64,000 nucleotides of DNA from an uncultured candidatus Brocadiaceae bacterium (GCA_964538915.1 CAZIFB010000018.1:3450-67449), one strand, 5' to 3'; counted from the first letter of the stretch, positions 1 to 9,442 are shown. Notes: a model not told the origin generated them from the letters alone. A program made the numbers and translations.

Positions 1-885
1 AATGCCAATCCGCTGCTCGCCTACGTCACACGTTGGAACGGTGTCGCATGGTCACCGATCGGGTCGGGGTTCAGAACCTACGCGCTCACCACCCTGCCGA
101 ACGACGACATCGTCGCCGGGGGTTCCTTTGCGACCGCGGGAGGAGTGAGCGCCGCGGGTGTCGCGCGCTGGGACGGCACCGTCTGGTCGGCAATGGGAGC
201 GGGCTTGAACAGCCAGGTGAATGCGCTGACGACCACGTCGATCGGCCACGTCGTCGCCGGCGGATCGTTCACTGCTTCCGGGCTGACCGCGGTGAACAAC
301 GTTGCGCGATGGAACGGCGTCGCGTGGACGGCGGTGGGCGCGGGAACGAGCGGGACCGTGCACGGACTGGCAAGCCTGCCGGGAAACGGGTTCGCCGCCG
401 GCGGCTTCTTCTCCTCCGCGGGCGGACAGCCGGTGGCCCACTTCGCCCGCTACTACACGCCGTGCCCGGCAACCGCCGTGCGGTTCCTCGCCGGTTGCCC
501 CAGCAGCGGCGGGAGCAACACGCTCGTCGCCACCACCCTGCCGTGGGTCGACACCACGCTCGTGGCGACCGGAACCGGCCTCCCGACCACGTCCCTCGTG
601 CTCACCCTGACGAGCGTGACTGCGTACCCGCAGGGGCTGGCACCGCTTGCCCTCGAGTTTCCCCAAGCCGGGCCGGGCTGCGATGTCCTGACGGCACCGG
701 ACATTCTCGGGTTGCTCGTGACGACCAACGGCTCGGCGCAGTCGACGTCGTTCCTTCCCAACACGCCGCCGTTCGTCGGCGTCACCTTCTATCACCAGAT
801 GGTGCCGATCGAGGTCGACGCCCAAGGGGCCTTGATCTCGGTCACGGCGACGAACGCCCTGCAGTTGACCGCCGGGATGTACTAG
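1..885 (+). CDS. Secreted repeat protein, C-terminal portion (5' end outside window), ending in a two-Cys C-terminal domain
   Basis: Frame 1 is open from base 1 (NANPLLAYVTRWNGVAWSPIG...) and runs into ORF 145..885. It has ~48-aa repeats with ARW(D/N)G..W...G.G and GG.F..(A/S)GG motifs. The last 140 aa (463..885) form a domain repeated at 14400..14804 and 20890..21339. Confidence 0.7.
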   Translation, partial: NANPLLAYVTRWNGVAWSPIGSGFRTYALTTLPNDDIVAGGSFATAGGVSAAGVARWDGTVWSAMGAGLNSQVNALTTTSIGHVVAGGSFTASGLTAVNNVARWNGVAWTAVGAGTSGTVHGLASLPGNGFAAGGFFSSAGGQPVAHFARYYTPCPATAVRFLAGCPSSGGSNTLVATTLPWVDTTLVATGTGLPTTSLVLTLTSVTAYPQGLAPLALEFPQAGPGCDVLTAPDILGLLVTTNGSAQSTSFLPNTPPFVGVTFYHQMVPIEVDAQGALISVTATNALQLTAGMY

Positions 886-1057
886 CTCGTCACGGGGCGC
901 CGCCGTCGCCGTCGCGCCGGCGCGTGAAACCGCACCATGCGATCCGTCGTGTTCGCGCGGTGCGCGGGACGGCGGTCAGGTGACGACGATGCCGCAGTGA
1001 CAGGGCTCGCGCCGACGGGCAGGGTCGACAGTGCTCCGAACGGCCCGACCCTCGCGG

Positions 1058-2542
1058 TCACCCGCCGAGCTTCTTGATCCGGTCGATCACGTTCGTCGTC
1101 GAACGGCCCTGCACGAGTGGCACGAGGACCACCTGGCCGCCGTGCGACTCCACCCATTCTCGGCCGACGACGCCCTTGTCGCGCCAGTCTTCGCCCTTCG
1201 CAAGAACGTGCGGGGTCGTCGCTTCGATCAACCGCAGCGGCGTGTCGTCGTCGAACGACACCACGTAGTCGACCGCCTGCAGCGCCGCGAGCACGGCCAT
1301 GCGATCGGCGAGTCCGTTGATCGGCCGGCCCGGGCCCTTCTGCTGGCGCTGCACCGACGCGTCGGTGTTCACCGCGACCATCAGCGCGTCGCCGTACGAA
1401 CGCGCCTTTTGCAGGTAGTCGCAGTGGCCGGCGTGCAGGATGTCGAAGCAGCCGTTCGTGAACACGAGCCGCCGTCCTTCTGCGCGAAGGCGGTGCGCGA
1501 CTTCGATGGCGAGTTCGTGCGTCAGCACCTTGCCTTCGCTGCCTCCCGCGGCTTCGCCGAGGCGCGCGAGGACCTCGCGGCGGCTCGGGGCCCATGTGCC
1601 GAGCTTCGCCACGGTGATGCCGGCGGCGTGGTTCGCGAGGCGCAGGCTGTCCTCGAGCGGGACGCCGGCGGCCCGGCAGAACGTGAGCATCGCGATCACC
1701 GTGTCGCCGGCACCGGTGACGTCGAACACGGCGCGCGCCTCGGTCGGCAGGATCTTGTGCGCACCGTCGCCGGTCTCGAAGAAGATGCCGTCCTTGCCGA
1801 GCGTGATCACCGCGTTGCCGATGCCGGTGATCTCGCGCAGACGCTGTGCCGCGCGGTGCAGGTCGGTGGTCGCGCGGATCGCGACGCCGGTCGCCGCTTC
1901 GGCCTCTTCGCGGTTGGGCGTGAGCAGGTCGACGCCGCGGTAGATCGAGTAGTCCTTGCCCTTCGGGTCGACGACGGCGACGCCGCCCTGCGAACGCGCT
2001 GCCGCGACCGCGGCCTCGATCACGCGAGGCGTCAGCACACCCTTTCCGTAGTCGGACAGCAGCACGCTCTTCCACGGGAACGGCCGCTGCTCGAGCACGG
2101 CGAGCACCGCCTTCTCGGCGGCGCCGGTGATCGGCTGGCGGCTCTCTTCGTCGACGCGCAGCACCTGCAGCGTCTTCGCGACGTAGCGCGTCTTGCGCGT
2201 CGTGGGACGCGAGTCGTCGACGACCAGCGCCTGCGTGTCGATGTCGGCGTCGTGCAGCAGGGCCCGCAGCCGCTGGCCACCCTCGTCGTCGCCGATCACG
2301 CCGAGCACGGACGCCGCGGCGCCGAGTTCGCGCAGGTTGGCGGCGACGTTGCACGCGCCGCCGAGCAGGTAGCGTTCGCTGTCGAAGTCGAACACGAGCA
2401 CCGGCGCTTCGGGCGACACGCGGCTCGCCTTGCCGTCGGCGTAGCGGTCGAGGATCAGGTCGCCGATGACCAGGATTCGCGTCGCAGGCAGCGCGGACAG
2501 CACGTCGGCGAGGCGGCGGTTCTCCGAGATGCTGCTGCCCAT
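1058..2542 (-). CDS. hldE: Bifunctional D-beta-D-heptose 7-phosphate kinase / D-beta-D-heptose 1-phosphate adenylyltransferase
   Basis: Real part of ORF 1058..3553 starting at residue 338 (MGSSISENRR). N-terminal pfkB-type kinase motif (DVTGAGDTV) and C-terminal cytidylyltransferase motif (FTNGCFDILHAGH). The ATG shares one base with the stop of the upstream gene (TGATG). Confidence 0.9.
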   Translation of the reverse strand: MGSSISENRRLADVLSALPATRILVIGDLILDRYADGKASRVSPEAPVLVFDFDSERYLLGGACNVAANLRELGAAASVLGVIGDDEGGQRLRALLHDADIDTQALVVDDSRPTTRKTRYVAKTLQVLRVDEESRQPITGAAEKAVLAVLEQRPFPWKSVLLSDYGKGVLTPRVIEAAVAAARSQGGVAVVDPKGKDYSIYRGVDLLTPNREEAEAATGVAIRATTDLHRAAQRLREITGIGNAVITLGKDGIFFETGDGAHKILPTEARAVFDVTGAGDTVIAMLTFCRAAGVPLEDSLRLANHAAGITVAKLGTWAPSRREVLARLGEAAGGSEGKVLTHELAIEVAHRLRAEGRRLVFTNGCFDILHAGHCDYLQKARSYGDALMVAVNTDASVQRQQKGPGRPINGLADRMAVLAALQAVDYVVSFDDDTPLRLIEATTPHVLAKGEDWRDKGVVGREWVESHGGQVVLVPLVQGRSTTNVIDRIKKLGG

Positions 2543-3510
2543 CAGCGTGGCTCCTGCAGGCAGCCGCGCGCTTCGGCCGTGCAGAGGATCGCCTGGTGCA
2601 GCAGCGGCAGCACGATCTCGTGCATCGCGAGCACCGACTTGCCTTCCTTCGGCGGCCGTTGCACGACGTTCGTGACGGCGCGGTAGTGCTGGATCATGTC
2701 GAAGTTGCACGTGAAGAAGTCGGCGCCGAGCTGGCCGCGGTTGCGGGCGATCGACACCGCCTTCAGGAACACCTCGGGCATGATCACGGCCGAGCCCACG
2801 TTGCACCAGACGCCGCGGTCGAGGCGGCCGACGGTGTCGGCGAGGATCCAGAAGTCGCGCAGCGTCGACGTGCCGAGCGCGGCGCCGTCGAGGTCGGGAT
2901 CCATGTGCGTGATGTCGCAGCCGACCGCGACGTGCACGGTGGCAGGGATGCCGAGACGCGCCGCCTCCGCGAACACCGACAGGTGCCGGTGGGGGAGCGA
3001 GCCCTCGAGGATCGTGCGGCCGATCGCCAGGCCGAGACCTTCCCCGGTCTTCGCCCCGCGCGCCGTCGCACCGTTCAGCGCGGTCATCGTCTCGCGCCAG
3101 AAGCCGAACGAACCGTCGGGCAGGTTCTCCGCGACGTCTTCGCTGGTGGCACCCTGGTAGGCGGTCTCCCAGTCGTGGATCGCCGATGCGCCGTTCGTCG
3201 CGACGTGGGTGACGAAACCGCGCCGCATCAGGTCGATCACGAGCGGCGACAGTCCGACCTTCAGCACGTGGGCGCCGAGCGACATGCCGACCTCGCGGCC
3301 GTGCCGGCGCGCCTCCACGATGCGGTCGACCACCGTCTTCAGCGCCTTGCTGCCGTAGATGTCCGGTAGCGACTCGAACCAGCGGAGGAAGCCGTCGACC
3401 GGCGGCAGGACCTTCGCGAATGCGTCCTTCTTCACCAGATTCTTCCGCTCGGCGAGCGGGCGGATGCGCAGCGGACGCGGCGGCTTCGGCGAAGGATTCG
3501 GCTCGGACAT
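2542..3510 (-). CDS. Deoxyhypusine-synthase-like (DHS-like NAD-binding fold) family protein, function tentative
   Basis: 322-aa ORF with normal composition. The segment VTHVATNGASAIHDWE and its overall length recall bacterial DHS-family proteins (from memory, not searched). Translationally coupled to hldE. Confidence 0.55.
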   Translation of the reverse strand: MSEPNPSPKPPRPLRIRPLAERKNLVKKDAFAKVLPPVDGFLRWFESLPDIYGSKALKTVVDRIVEARRHGREVGMSLGAHVLKVGLSPLVIDLMRRGFVTHVATNGASAIHDWETAYQGATSEDVAENLPDGSFGFWRETMTALNGATARGAKTGEGLGLAIGRTILEGSLPHRHLSVFAEAARLGIPATVHVAVGCDITHMDPDLDGAALGTSTLRDFWILADTVGRLDRGVWCNVGSAVIMPEVFLKAVSIARNRGQLGADFFTCNFDMIQHYRAVTNVVQRPPKEGKSVLAMHEIVLPLLHQAILCTAEARGCLQEPR

Positions 3511-3715
3511 CGTGGCAGGGCATCGTGCAAGAACCCGCGCCCCGGTTCCACACGGGACTGATGCTTCGCGTGGATCACGGTGTCGCCAACCCGCCGCCGG
3601 CTCTCGGCTTGCGACCGAACAGGGGACGGTCGCCGGGTGCGATCGCGAGTCGAGGCGGCGAAGGGGCTTGTGGAGCGCGGATCCCGTCGTGATCCACGCA
3701 GTGCATCAGTTCGGG

Positions 3716-3919
3716 TCAGGGGCGCGGGCGGGAGGGCAGGTCGGTGAGGACCGCCCGCTTCGCCTCCTCCGACAGCGACCACCAGTTCGCGATCTCCTCG
3801 AGCGTGCGCCGGCAGCCGGTGCAGTAGCGGCGCGCGGCGTCCATCACGCAGACCCGCACGCACGGCGACATCGGCGGCGGCTGCGGGGCCGGACGGCGCG
3901 ATCCCGCGTCGTCGTTCAT
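3716..3919 (-). CDS. DUF1289-like small Cys-rich protein
   Basis: Last 67 codons of the spurious 1046-aa ORF 3716..6856. CVRVCVMDAARRYCTGCRRTLEEIANW matches the DUF1289 pattern (C.vC.....C.GC.Rt..Ei..W). The ATG overlaps the stop of the upstream gene (ATGA). Confidence 0.6.
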   Translation of the reverse strand: MNDDAGSRRPAPQPPPMSPCVRVCVMDAARRYCTGCRRTLEEIANWWSLSEEAKRAVLTDLPSRPRP

Positions 3920-4596
3920 CGAAGGCTCTTCCGCGCCGCGTCGGTGCGCGGGAAGACGCCGCCCTTCTCGAGCAGTGCCGTGAGCATGTCCTGGTTCGAC
4001 TGGCGCGCGAGGTCGACCTCGGCATCGGTCGCTCCGACGAGGTGGAACAGGTCGACGCGGCCGGACGCGATCTCGAACGACGCGGGGTAGTGCTTCGGCT
4101 GTTCGACGAGCAGCCAGCGGATCGCGCTGTCGAACGCGGGCGTGATCGATGCGCCGAGCGGCACGCGGTTGCCGTACTCGAACAGCTCGGCGCCTTCGTA
4201 GCTGCCGACCGCGACGAGCAGTTCGTACGCCATCAGGTTGTGCAGCAGCGGCACGGCCCAGTCTGCGGGATCCGTGGTCTCGATCACGAGCTCGAAGCCG
4301 ACGCCGGAGAAGCCCGACGGGTCCTTGCCGGGGCGGTCGAGGTTCCACGGGTTGCTGAGTCCCGACGTGACGTAGAGCCAGCTCGCGCGCCGTTCGTTCG
4401 GCGGGCAGGCGAACACACCGTGGTTCAGCCAGCCGGGGTGCGGCTCCTTGCGATACCGCGCGAAGGTCGCGGGCGACGCGGTGTGCACGCCCTGACCGAG
4501 GTCGCCGAACAGCGCGCGGTAGACGCGCTCCTCGCGGTCGGTCCACAACGCCTCGAACCACTGTGCAAACGCCGGATCGCTCATCGGGGCGAACAC
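3916..4596 (-). CDS. Suppressor-of-fused (SUFU)-like domain protein
   Basis: 226-aa ORF with ordinary composition. The family call is from memory of bacterial SUFU-like proteins (WLYVTSGLSNPW..., GFELVIET..., AVPLLHNLMAYE). Confidence 0.5.
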   Translation of the reverse strand: MFAPMSDPAFAQWFEALWTDREERVYRALFGDLGQGVHTASPATFARYRKEPHPGWLNHGVFACPPNERRASWLYVTSGLSNPWNLDRPGKDPSGFSGVGFELVIETTDPADWAVPLLHNLMAYELLVAVGSYEGAELFEYGNRVPLGASITPAFDSAIRWLLVEQPKHYPASFEIASGRVDLFHLVGATDAEVDLARQSNQDMLTALLEKGGVFPRTDAARKSLR

Positions 4597-4663
4597 GGTA
4601 GCGGCGCAGGGACGCCCGGGGAATGCGACTTCCTTCCGGCGAGGCCGTGTCTACCCTCATGCG

Positions 4664-6616
4664 ATGCTGGCCCTGGCGAACACGGACCTCATCGCGACCA
4701 TCGCGGTGTCCCTGTCGGCGGCGCTGGGCTTCGGCGTGGTCGCCCGCAAGCTGCGCCTGTCGCCCATCGTCGGCTACATGCTCGCCGGCGTCCTCGTCGG
4801 TCCGCACACGCCGGGGTTCGTCGCGGACATCCATCTCGCGGAGCAACTCGCCGAGATCGGCATCGCGCTGCTCATGTTCGGCGTCGGCCTGCACTTTTCG
4901 CTGGCCGACCTGCTCGCCGTACGGCGCGTCGCCGTGCCCGGCGCGATCGGGCAGTGCGCACTCGCCACCGCCGCCGGCGCCGTGCTCGGGTGGTGGTGCG
5001 GCTGGGGCTGGGTGCCGGGTGTCGTCTTCGGCATGGCGTTGTCGGTGGCCAGCACCGTGGTGCTGGTGCGCGGCCTCACGGACCTCCGGCAGCTGCACTC
5101 CGTGCACGGTCACGTCGCGGTCGGGTGGCTCGTCGTGGAGGACCTGCTGACCGTGCTGATGCTGATCGCGCTGCCCGCGCTCGCCGGCGGCGACGCGGGG
5201 CCCGGATCCGGCGGCCTCTGGCCGTCCCTCGGCGGGATGGTGCTCAAGGTCGCGGGGCTCGGCGTGCTCTACGTCGTGGGTCAGCGCGTCGTGCCGTGGT
5301 TCCTCCGCCACGTGGCGAAGCTGCAGTCGCGCGAACTGTTCACGCTCGCGGTGCTGGGGATCGCGCTCGGGGTCGCGTTCGGAACGGCGGTCTGGTTCGA
5401 GGTGTCGATGGCGCTCGGTGCGTTCCTCGGCGGGATGATCGTCGGCCAGTCGGAGTCGAGCCATCAGGCGGCGGCCGACGCGCTGCCGCTGCGCGACGCC
5501 TTCGCGGTGCTCTTCTTCGTGTCGGTCGGGATGCTGTTCGATCCGGGATTTGTCGTCGAGCGGCCGGGCCTCGTGCTCGGTGCCCTCGCGATCATCCTCG
5601 TCGTGAAGCCGGTCGCTGCGCTCGTCATCACGCTGATGGTGGGGTACCCGATCCGCACCGGGGTCACCGTTGCCGCCGGCCTCGCGCAGATCGGCGAGTT
5701 CTCGTTCATCGTCGGCCACCTCGGCAAGGACCTGAAGATCCTGTCCCCGGATGGGCACCAGGCGATCGTCGTCGCGGCCCTCGTGAGCATCGCGGTGAAC
5801 CCGCTCTGCTTCGCCGCCATCGCGCCGATGGAGTCCTGGCTGCGCCGCTTCCCCGGGCTGTCGCGGTGGATCGCCGCCCGTTCCGGCGAACTCGCGAAGC
5901 CGTCCTCGACGCACGGTGCCGACCTGCGCGGGCACGCGGTCGTGTGCGGCCACGGCCGCAGCGGGCGGGTGCTCGCGCGCCTGCTGCGCGAGCGGCAGTG
6001 GCCCCTCCTCGTGATCGACCAGGATCGGGCGACGGTCCAGGCGCTGCGCCGCGACGGTGTGGCGGCGATCCACGGCGACGCCGCGAATCCATTCGTGCTC
6101 GAACGCGCCGCGCTCGCGCAGGCACGCATCGTCGTCGTCACGTTGTCCGATCCGATCTCGACGCGGCAGATCGTGGAGTTCGTACGGCACGAGGCGCCCG
6201 AGCTCGAGATCATCGCCCGTGTGCAGTCGGAGGCCGAACGACACGAACTCGGCAAGGCCGGTCGCGCCGACGGTGTGCTGGCCGAAGAGGAGCTCGCGAT
6301 CGAGATGGCCCGCCACGTCGTGCAGCGCTTCGGCGCGAGTCAGCTCGAGGCGCAGGCGATCGCGCTCGACCTGCGGCGCGGGATCTACGCGCCGCGCGAT
6401 GGTGCTCGCGTGCTGGAGATCCGGGTCCGTGAGGGAGCGAAGGCCGTCGGCCGGCCGCTCGCGGAACTGGGTCTCGGCAAGGGCATCCTCGTGATGGCGA
6501 TCGATCGCCAGGGCGGCCTTCTCGTGCCCGACGGGCAGACGCGCCTCGAGGTCGGCGACGTCGTGCTGCTCATCACGAGCGGCGAACTGACGGCGCAGGC
6601 GAAGGACATCCTGTGA
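4664..6616 (+). CDS. Cation:proton antiporter (CPA2, Kef/YbaL-type) with RCK/TrkA-N and TrkA-C domains
   Basis: 650-aa ORF. Multi-TM N-terminal Na+/H+-exchanger-like region, then a Rossmann motif (VVCGHGRSGRVLARLL) and a C-terminal TrkA-C-like segment. Confidence 0.85.
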   Translation: MLALANTDLIATIAVSLSAALGFGVVARKLRLSPIVGYMLAGVLVGPHTPGFVADIHLAEQLAEIGIALLMFGVGLHFSLADLLAVRRVAVPGAIGQCALATAAGAVLGWWCGWGWVPGVVFGMALSVASTVVLVRGLTDLRQLHSVHGHVAVGWLVVEDLLTVLMLIALPALAGGDAGPGSGGLWPSLGGMVLKVAGLGVLYVVGQRVVPWFLRHVAKLQSRELFTLAVLGIALGVAFGTAVWFEVSMALGAFLGGMIVGQSESSHQAAADALPLRDAFAVLFFVSVGMLFDPGFVVERPGLVLGALAIILVVKPVAALVITLMVGYPIRTGVTVAAGLAQIGEFSFIVGHLGKDLKILSPDGHQAIVVAALVSIAVNPLCFAAIAPMESWLRRFPGLSRWIAARSGELAKPSSTHGADLRGHAVVCGHGRSGRVLARLLRERQWPLLVIDQDRATVQALRRDGVAAIHGDAANPFVLERAALAQARIVVVTLSDPISTRQIVEFVRHEAPELEIIARVQSEAERHELGKAGRADGVLAEEELAIEMARHVVQRFGASQLEAQAIALDLRRGIYAPRDGARVLEIRVREGAKAVGRPLAELGLGKGILVMAIDRQGGLLVPDGQTRLEVGDVVLLITSGELTAQAKDIL

Positions 6617-6641
6617 TCGCGCGATCGGGGCGCCGTCGCCG

Positions 6642-7304
6642 ATGAAGCGCGCGGAGAAGGCCGCGCGGATCCTCGCGATCCTCGACGAGGAGTTCCCCGA
6701 TCCGGCGATCCCGCTCGCGCACGACGATCCGTACACGCTGCTGGTCGCCGTGGTGCTGTCGGCGCAGTGCACCGACGAACGCGTGAACCGCGTGACGCCG
6801 GGTCTCTTCGCGCTCGCACGCACGCCCGCCGCGATGGCCGAACTGCCCGTCACCACGATCCGCGCCGCGATCCGCCCCTGCGGCCTGTCGCCGCAGAAGA
6901 GCCGTGCGATCCGCGAACTGTCGCGGCTGCTCGTCGAGCGTCACGGCGGTGTCGTGCCGCGCGACCTCGACGCGCTCGAGGCGTTGCCAGGCGTCGGCCA
7001 CAAGACGGCGAGCGTAGTGATGGCGCAGGCGTTCGGCGTTCCCGCGTTCCCCGTCGACACGCACATCCACCGGCTCGCGTGGCGGTGGGGGCTCAGCTCC
7101 GGCCGCAGCGTCGAACAGACGGAGCGCGACCTCGTGCGCACCTTCCCGCGGGAGCGATGGAACGCGCTGCATCTGCAGTTCATCTGGTTCGGCCGCACGC
7201 ACTGTCCGGCGGTGCGGCACGACCCGAAGGCATGCCCGATCTGCAGCTGGGCAATGAGCCGCGCGCGCGCCGCCGCCGAGGTGCGGCGGCGACGGCGCGC
7301 GTAG
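6642..7304 (+). CDS. nth: Endonuclease III (HhH-GPD DNA glycosylase/AP lyase)
   Basis: 220-aa ORF. SAQCTDERVN, helix-hairpin-helix LPGVGHKTASVV, VDTHIHRL and a C-terminal Cys motif (CPAVRHDPKACPIC). Confidence 0.85.
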   Translation: MKRAEKAARILAILDEEFPDPAIPLAHDDPYTLLVAVVLSAQCTDERVNRVTPGLFALARTPAAMAELPVTTIRAAIRPCGLSPQKSRAIRELSRLLVERHGGVVPRDLDALEALPGVGHKTASVVMAQAFGVPAFPVDTHIHRLAWRWGLSSGRSVEQTERDLVRTFPRERWNALHLQFIWFGRTHCPAVRHDPKACPICSWAMSRARAAAEVRRRRRA

Positions 7305-7306
7305 CG

Positions 7307-8140
7307 TCACTCTTCGCCGAGCAGGCGCAGGGCGAGGCGCGGCTGCACGTTGGCCTGCGCCAGCACCGACAGGGCGGCTCGTTGCACCAGGCTGAACTTC
7401 GCGAACTGCGCCGCTTCGTGCGCGACGTCGACGTCGCGGATCCGCGATTCGGCGGCGATCAGGCTGTCCTGCCGCGAGCCGAGGTTGCGGATCGTGCTGT
7501 CGAGGCGGTTCTGCATCGAACCGAAGCGGCCGCGCACCCGCGACACGCTGTCGATCGCCGCGTCGATCGCCGCGATGGACGTCGACGCCGCTCCGGCGTT
7601 CGACACACCGAGCGTGTCGATGCCGAGGCCGGTCGCGAGCACCGGCGTGAGCTGCGTGCTGATGGTGTCGACGCCGCTCGACGTGCCGGTGCCGACCTGG
7701 AACGACACACTCGACGTGCTGCCGTCCAGCAGGCGGATCCCGTTGAACTCGGTGCCGTGCCCGATGCGGTCGACCTCGTCGACGAGCGACTGGAACTCCT
7801 CGTCGAGCGTGGCGCGGTCCGCGGTCGACACCGTGCCGTTCGACGCCTGCACGGCGAGTTCGCGCAGACGCTGCAGGATGGAGCCCACTTCGTTCAACCC
7901 GCCCTCGGCGGTCTGCACGAGGGAGACGCCGTCCTGCGCGTTGCGCTGCGCCTGGTCGAGCGAACGGATCTGCGCCCGCAGCCGCTCGCTCAGTGCGAGG
8001 CCCGCCGAGTCGTCCGCCGCCGAGTTGATCCGCAAGCCGGTGGACAGGCGTTTCATGCTCACGCCCAGCCGTTCGTTGATCGACGCGAGCGAACGCTGTG
8101 CAGAGTTCGACGCGATGTTGGTGTTGATGCGAAGTCCCAT
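7307..8140 (-). CDS. fliC: Flagellin (short, 277 aa)
   Basis: Real part of ORF 7307..9394 from residue 419. MGLRINTNIASNSAQRSL...LSTGLRINSAADDSAGLA (N-terminal D0/D1) and ...AQANVQPRLALRLLGEE (C-terminal D0) are canonical flagellin termini. Confidence 0.9.
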   Translation of the reverse strand: MGLRINTNIASNSAQRSLASINERLGVSMKRLSTGLRINSAADDSAGLALSERLRAQIRSLDQAQRNAQDGVSLVQTAEGGLNEVGSILQRLRELAVQASNGTVSTADRATLDEEFQSLVDEVDRIGHGTEFNGIRLLDGSTSSVSFQVGTGTSSGVDTISTQLTPVLATGLGIDTLGVSNAGAASTSIAAIDAAIDSVSRVRGRFGSMQNRLDSTIRNLGSRQDSLIAAESRIRDVDVAHEAAQFAKFSLVQRAALSVLAQANVQPRLALRLLGEE

Positions 8141-8279
8141 GCTCCCGCTCCGGCTCGGGGCATCGGTCGCGCGGCGCATCTCCTTCATGGGAGGGTCCCG
8201 GCGCGGGATGGCGACGGCCGACGCGGCGATGCCATGGCGGCTCCCCGACAGGCGCTCAAGTGACCACCGTCCTAGTCCG

Positions 8280-8690
8280 ATGGGACGGTTCGTGAACCTG
8301 CGCGTCGATCCACACAGCCTCGTGCCCCCGAGCCAGCAGCTCGTCGCCGCGGTGCTCGATGCGATCGCGCGGGGTGAGGTCGGGCCCGGCGACAGACTGC
8401 CGTCCGTGCGCGGGGCCGCGGCGGAGGCGCTCGTCAACCCGAACACGGTCACCAAGGCGTGGCGGGATCTCGAGCACCTCGGCGCGACCGAAGGACGCAA
8501 CGGCTCGGGTGTGTTCGTCACGGCGGCCGGGCCCGACGTCGCGCGCGGCATCCGGCTCGCGGAGACGCTCGCGGCGTTCCGCGCGGCGGCGGCGGCGGCG
8601 GTCCGGGCGGGGCACGAGATCGCCGTACTGGAAGCGGCGGTGGAGCAGGCGAAGGAGGGCGCTGCGCACGCAGCGGGGAGCAAGGCATGA
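8280..8690 (+). CDS. GntR-family transcriptional regulator, YtrA-like subfamily
   Basis: Last 136 codons of ORF 7350..8690. Winged-helix motif GDRLPSVRGAAAEALVNPNTVTKAWRDLEHLG...GSGVFV with a short C-terminal helical tail. Followed by an ABC ATPase, as in ytrA-type operons. Confidence 0.8.
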   Translation: MGRFVNLRVDPHSLVPPSQQLVAAVLDAIARGEVGPGDRLPSVRGAAAEALVNPNTVTKAWRDLEHLGATEGRNGSGVFVTAAGPDVARGIRLAETLAAFRAAAAAAVRAGHEIAVLEAAVEQAKEGAAHAAGSKA

Positions 8691-9442
8691 ACGGTGTCGT
8701 CGACGTGAAGGGAGTCGGGTTCTCGTTCGGGACGCCGTGGCGGCGGAAGCGCGCGCTCGACGGACTGGATCTGCAGCTCGAGGCGGGTGCGGTCACCGTG
8801 CTGCTCGGCGAGAACGGTGCCGGCAAGAGCACGCTGCTGCGTCTCCTGCTCGGCGTGCTGCGGCCGCAGCGCGGCACGGTGCGCGTGTTCGGCCAGGATC
8901 CGCTGCGCGCACACCGCACGGCGCTGCGGCGCATCGGCTACGTGCCCGACGTCCCGGATGCGCCGCCCTGGATGACCGCGCGGGACCTGTTCGCTTTCCT
9001 GCGACCGCACTATCCGACCTGGAACGCGGCGCTGTGCAGAGATCTGTGCGAACGCCTCGCGGTGCCGATGCGCACGTCGCTGAAGGCGATGTCGCGCGGT
9101 CAGGGCATGAAGACGATGCTCGTCGGAGCCCTCGCGAGCGAACCGGACCTGCTGCTGCTCGACGAACCGTTCGCGGGTCTCGATCCGCTGGTGCGCGAGG
9201 AGGTGCTGCAAGGCGTCGTCGGTGCCATGAAGGACGGCGAACGCACGGTGCTGTGCGCGACGCACGAACTCGAGATCGCCGCGCGCATCGCGGACCGCGT
9301 CGCGGTGTTGCGCGACGGCAGGATCGTGAAGCACGGTTCGCTCGCCGACGTGCTCGGCGAAGGGGAACCGGTCGCCGTGCCGACGGGCCTGCACCGTGTG
9401 CTTGCCGAGACCCGTTCGAAGCGCGCGGAGGTGATCGCATGA
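8687..9442 (+). CDS. ABC transporter ATP-binding protein
   Basis: From residue 77 of ORF 8459..9442 (MNGVVDVKG). Walker A GENGAGKST, signature-like MSRGQGMK, Walker B LLLLDEP. ATGA overlap with the regulator gene. Confidence 0.85.
   Translation: MNGVVDVKGVGFSFGTPWRRKRALDGLDLQLEAGAVTVLLGENGAGKSTLLRLLLGVLRPQRGTVRVFGQDPLRAHRTALRRIGYVPDVPDAPPWMTARDLFAFLRPHYPTWNAALCRDLCERLAVPMRTSLKAMSRGQGMKTMLVGALASEPDLLLLDEPFAGLDPLVREEVLQGVVGAMKDGERTVLCATHELEIAARIADRVAVLRDGRIVKHGSLADVLGEGEPVAVPTGLHRVLAETRSKRAEVIA

Noticed and set aside
3716-6856. 1046-aa minus-strand ORF antisense to the Kef-type antiporter
   Set aside because: Only the last 67 codons (the DUF1289-like protein) look real. The remainder is Arg/Asp/His-rich junk opposite a clearly genuine polytopic transporter gene.
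8161-8187. Reporting a sigma-28 promoter as a feature upstream of the flagellin gene
   Set aside because: The match to TAAAGTTT-N11-GCCGATAA is limited to the core bases, and the implied leader is very short. I kept it only as a hedged remark in a finding.
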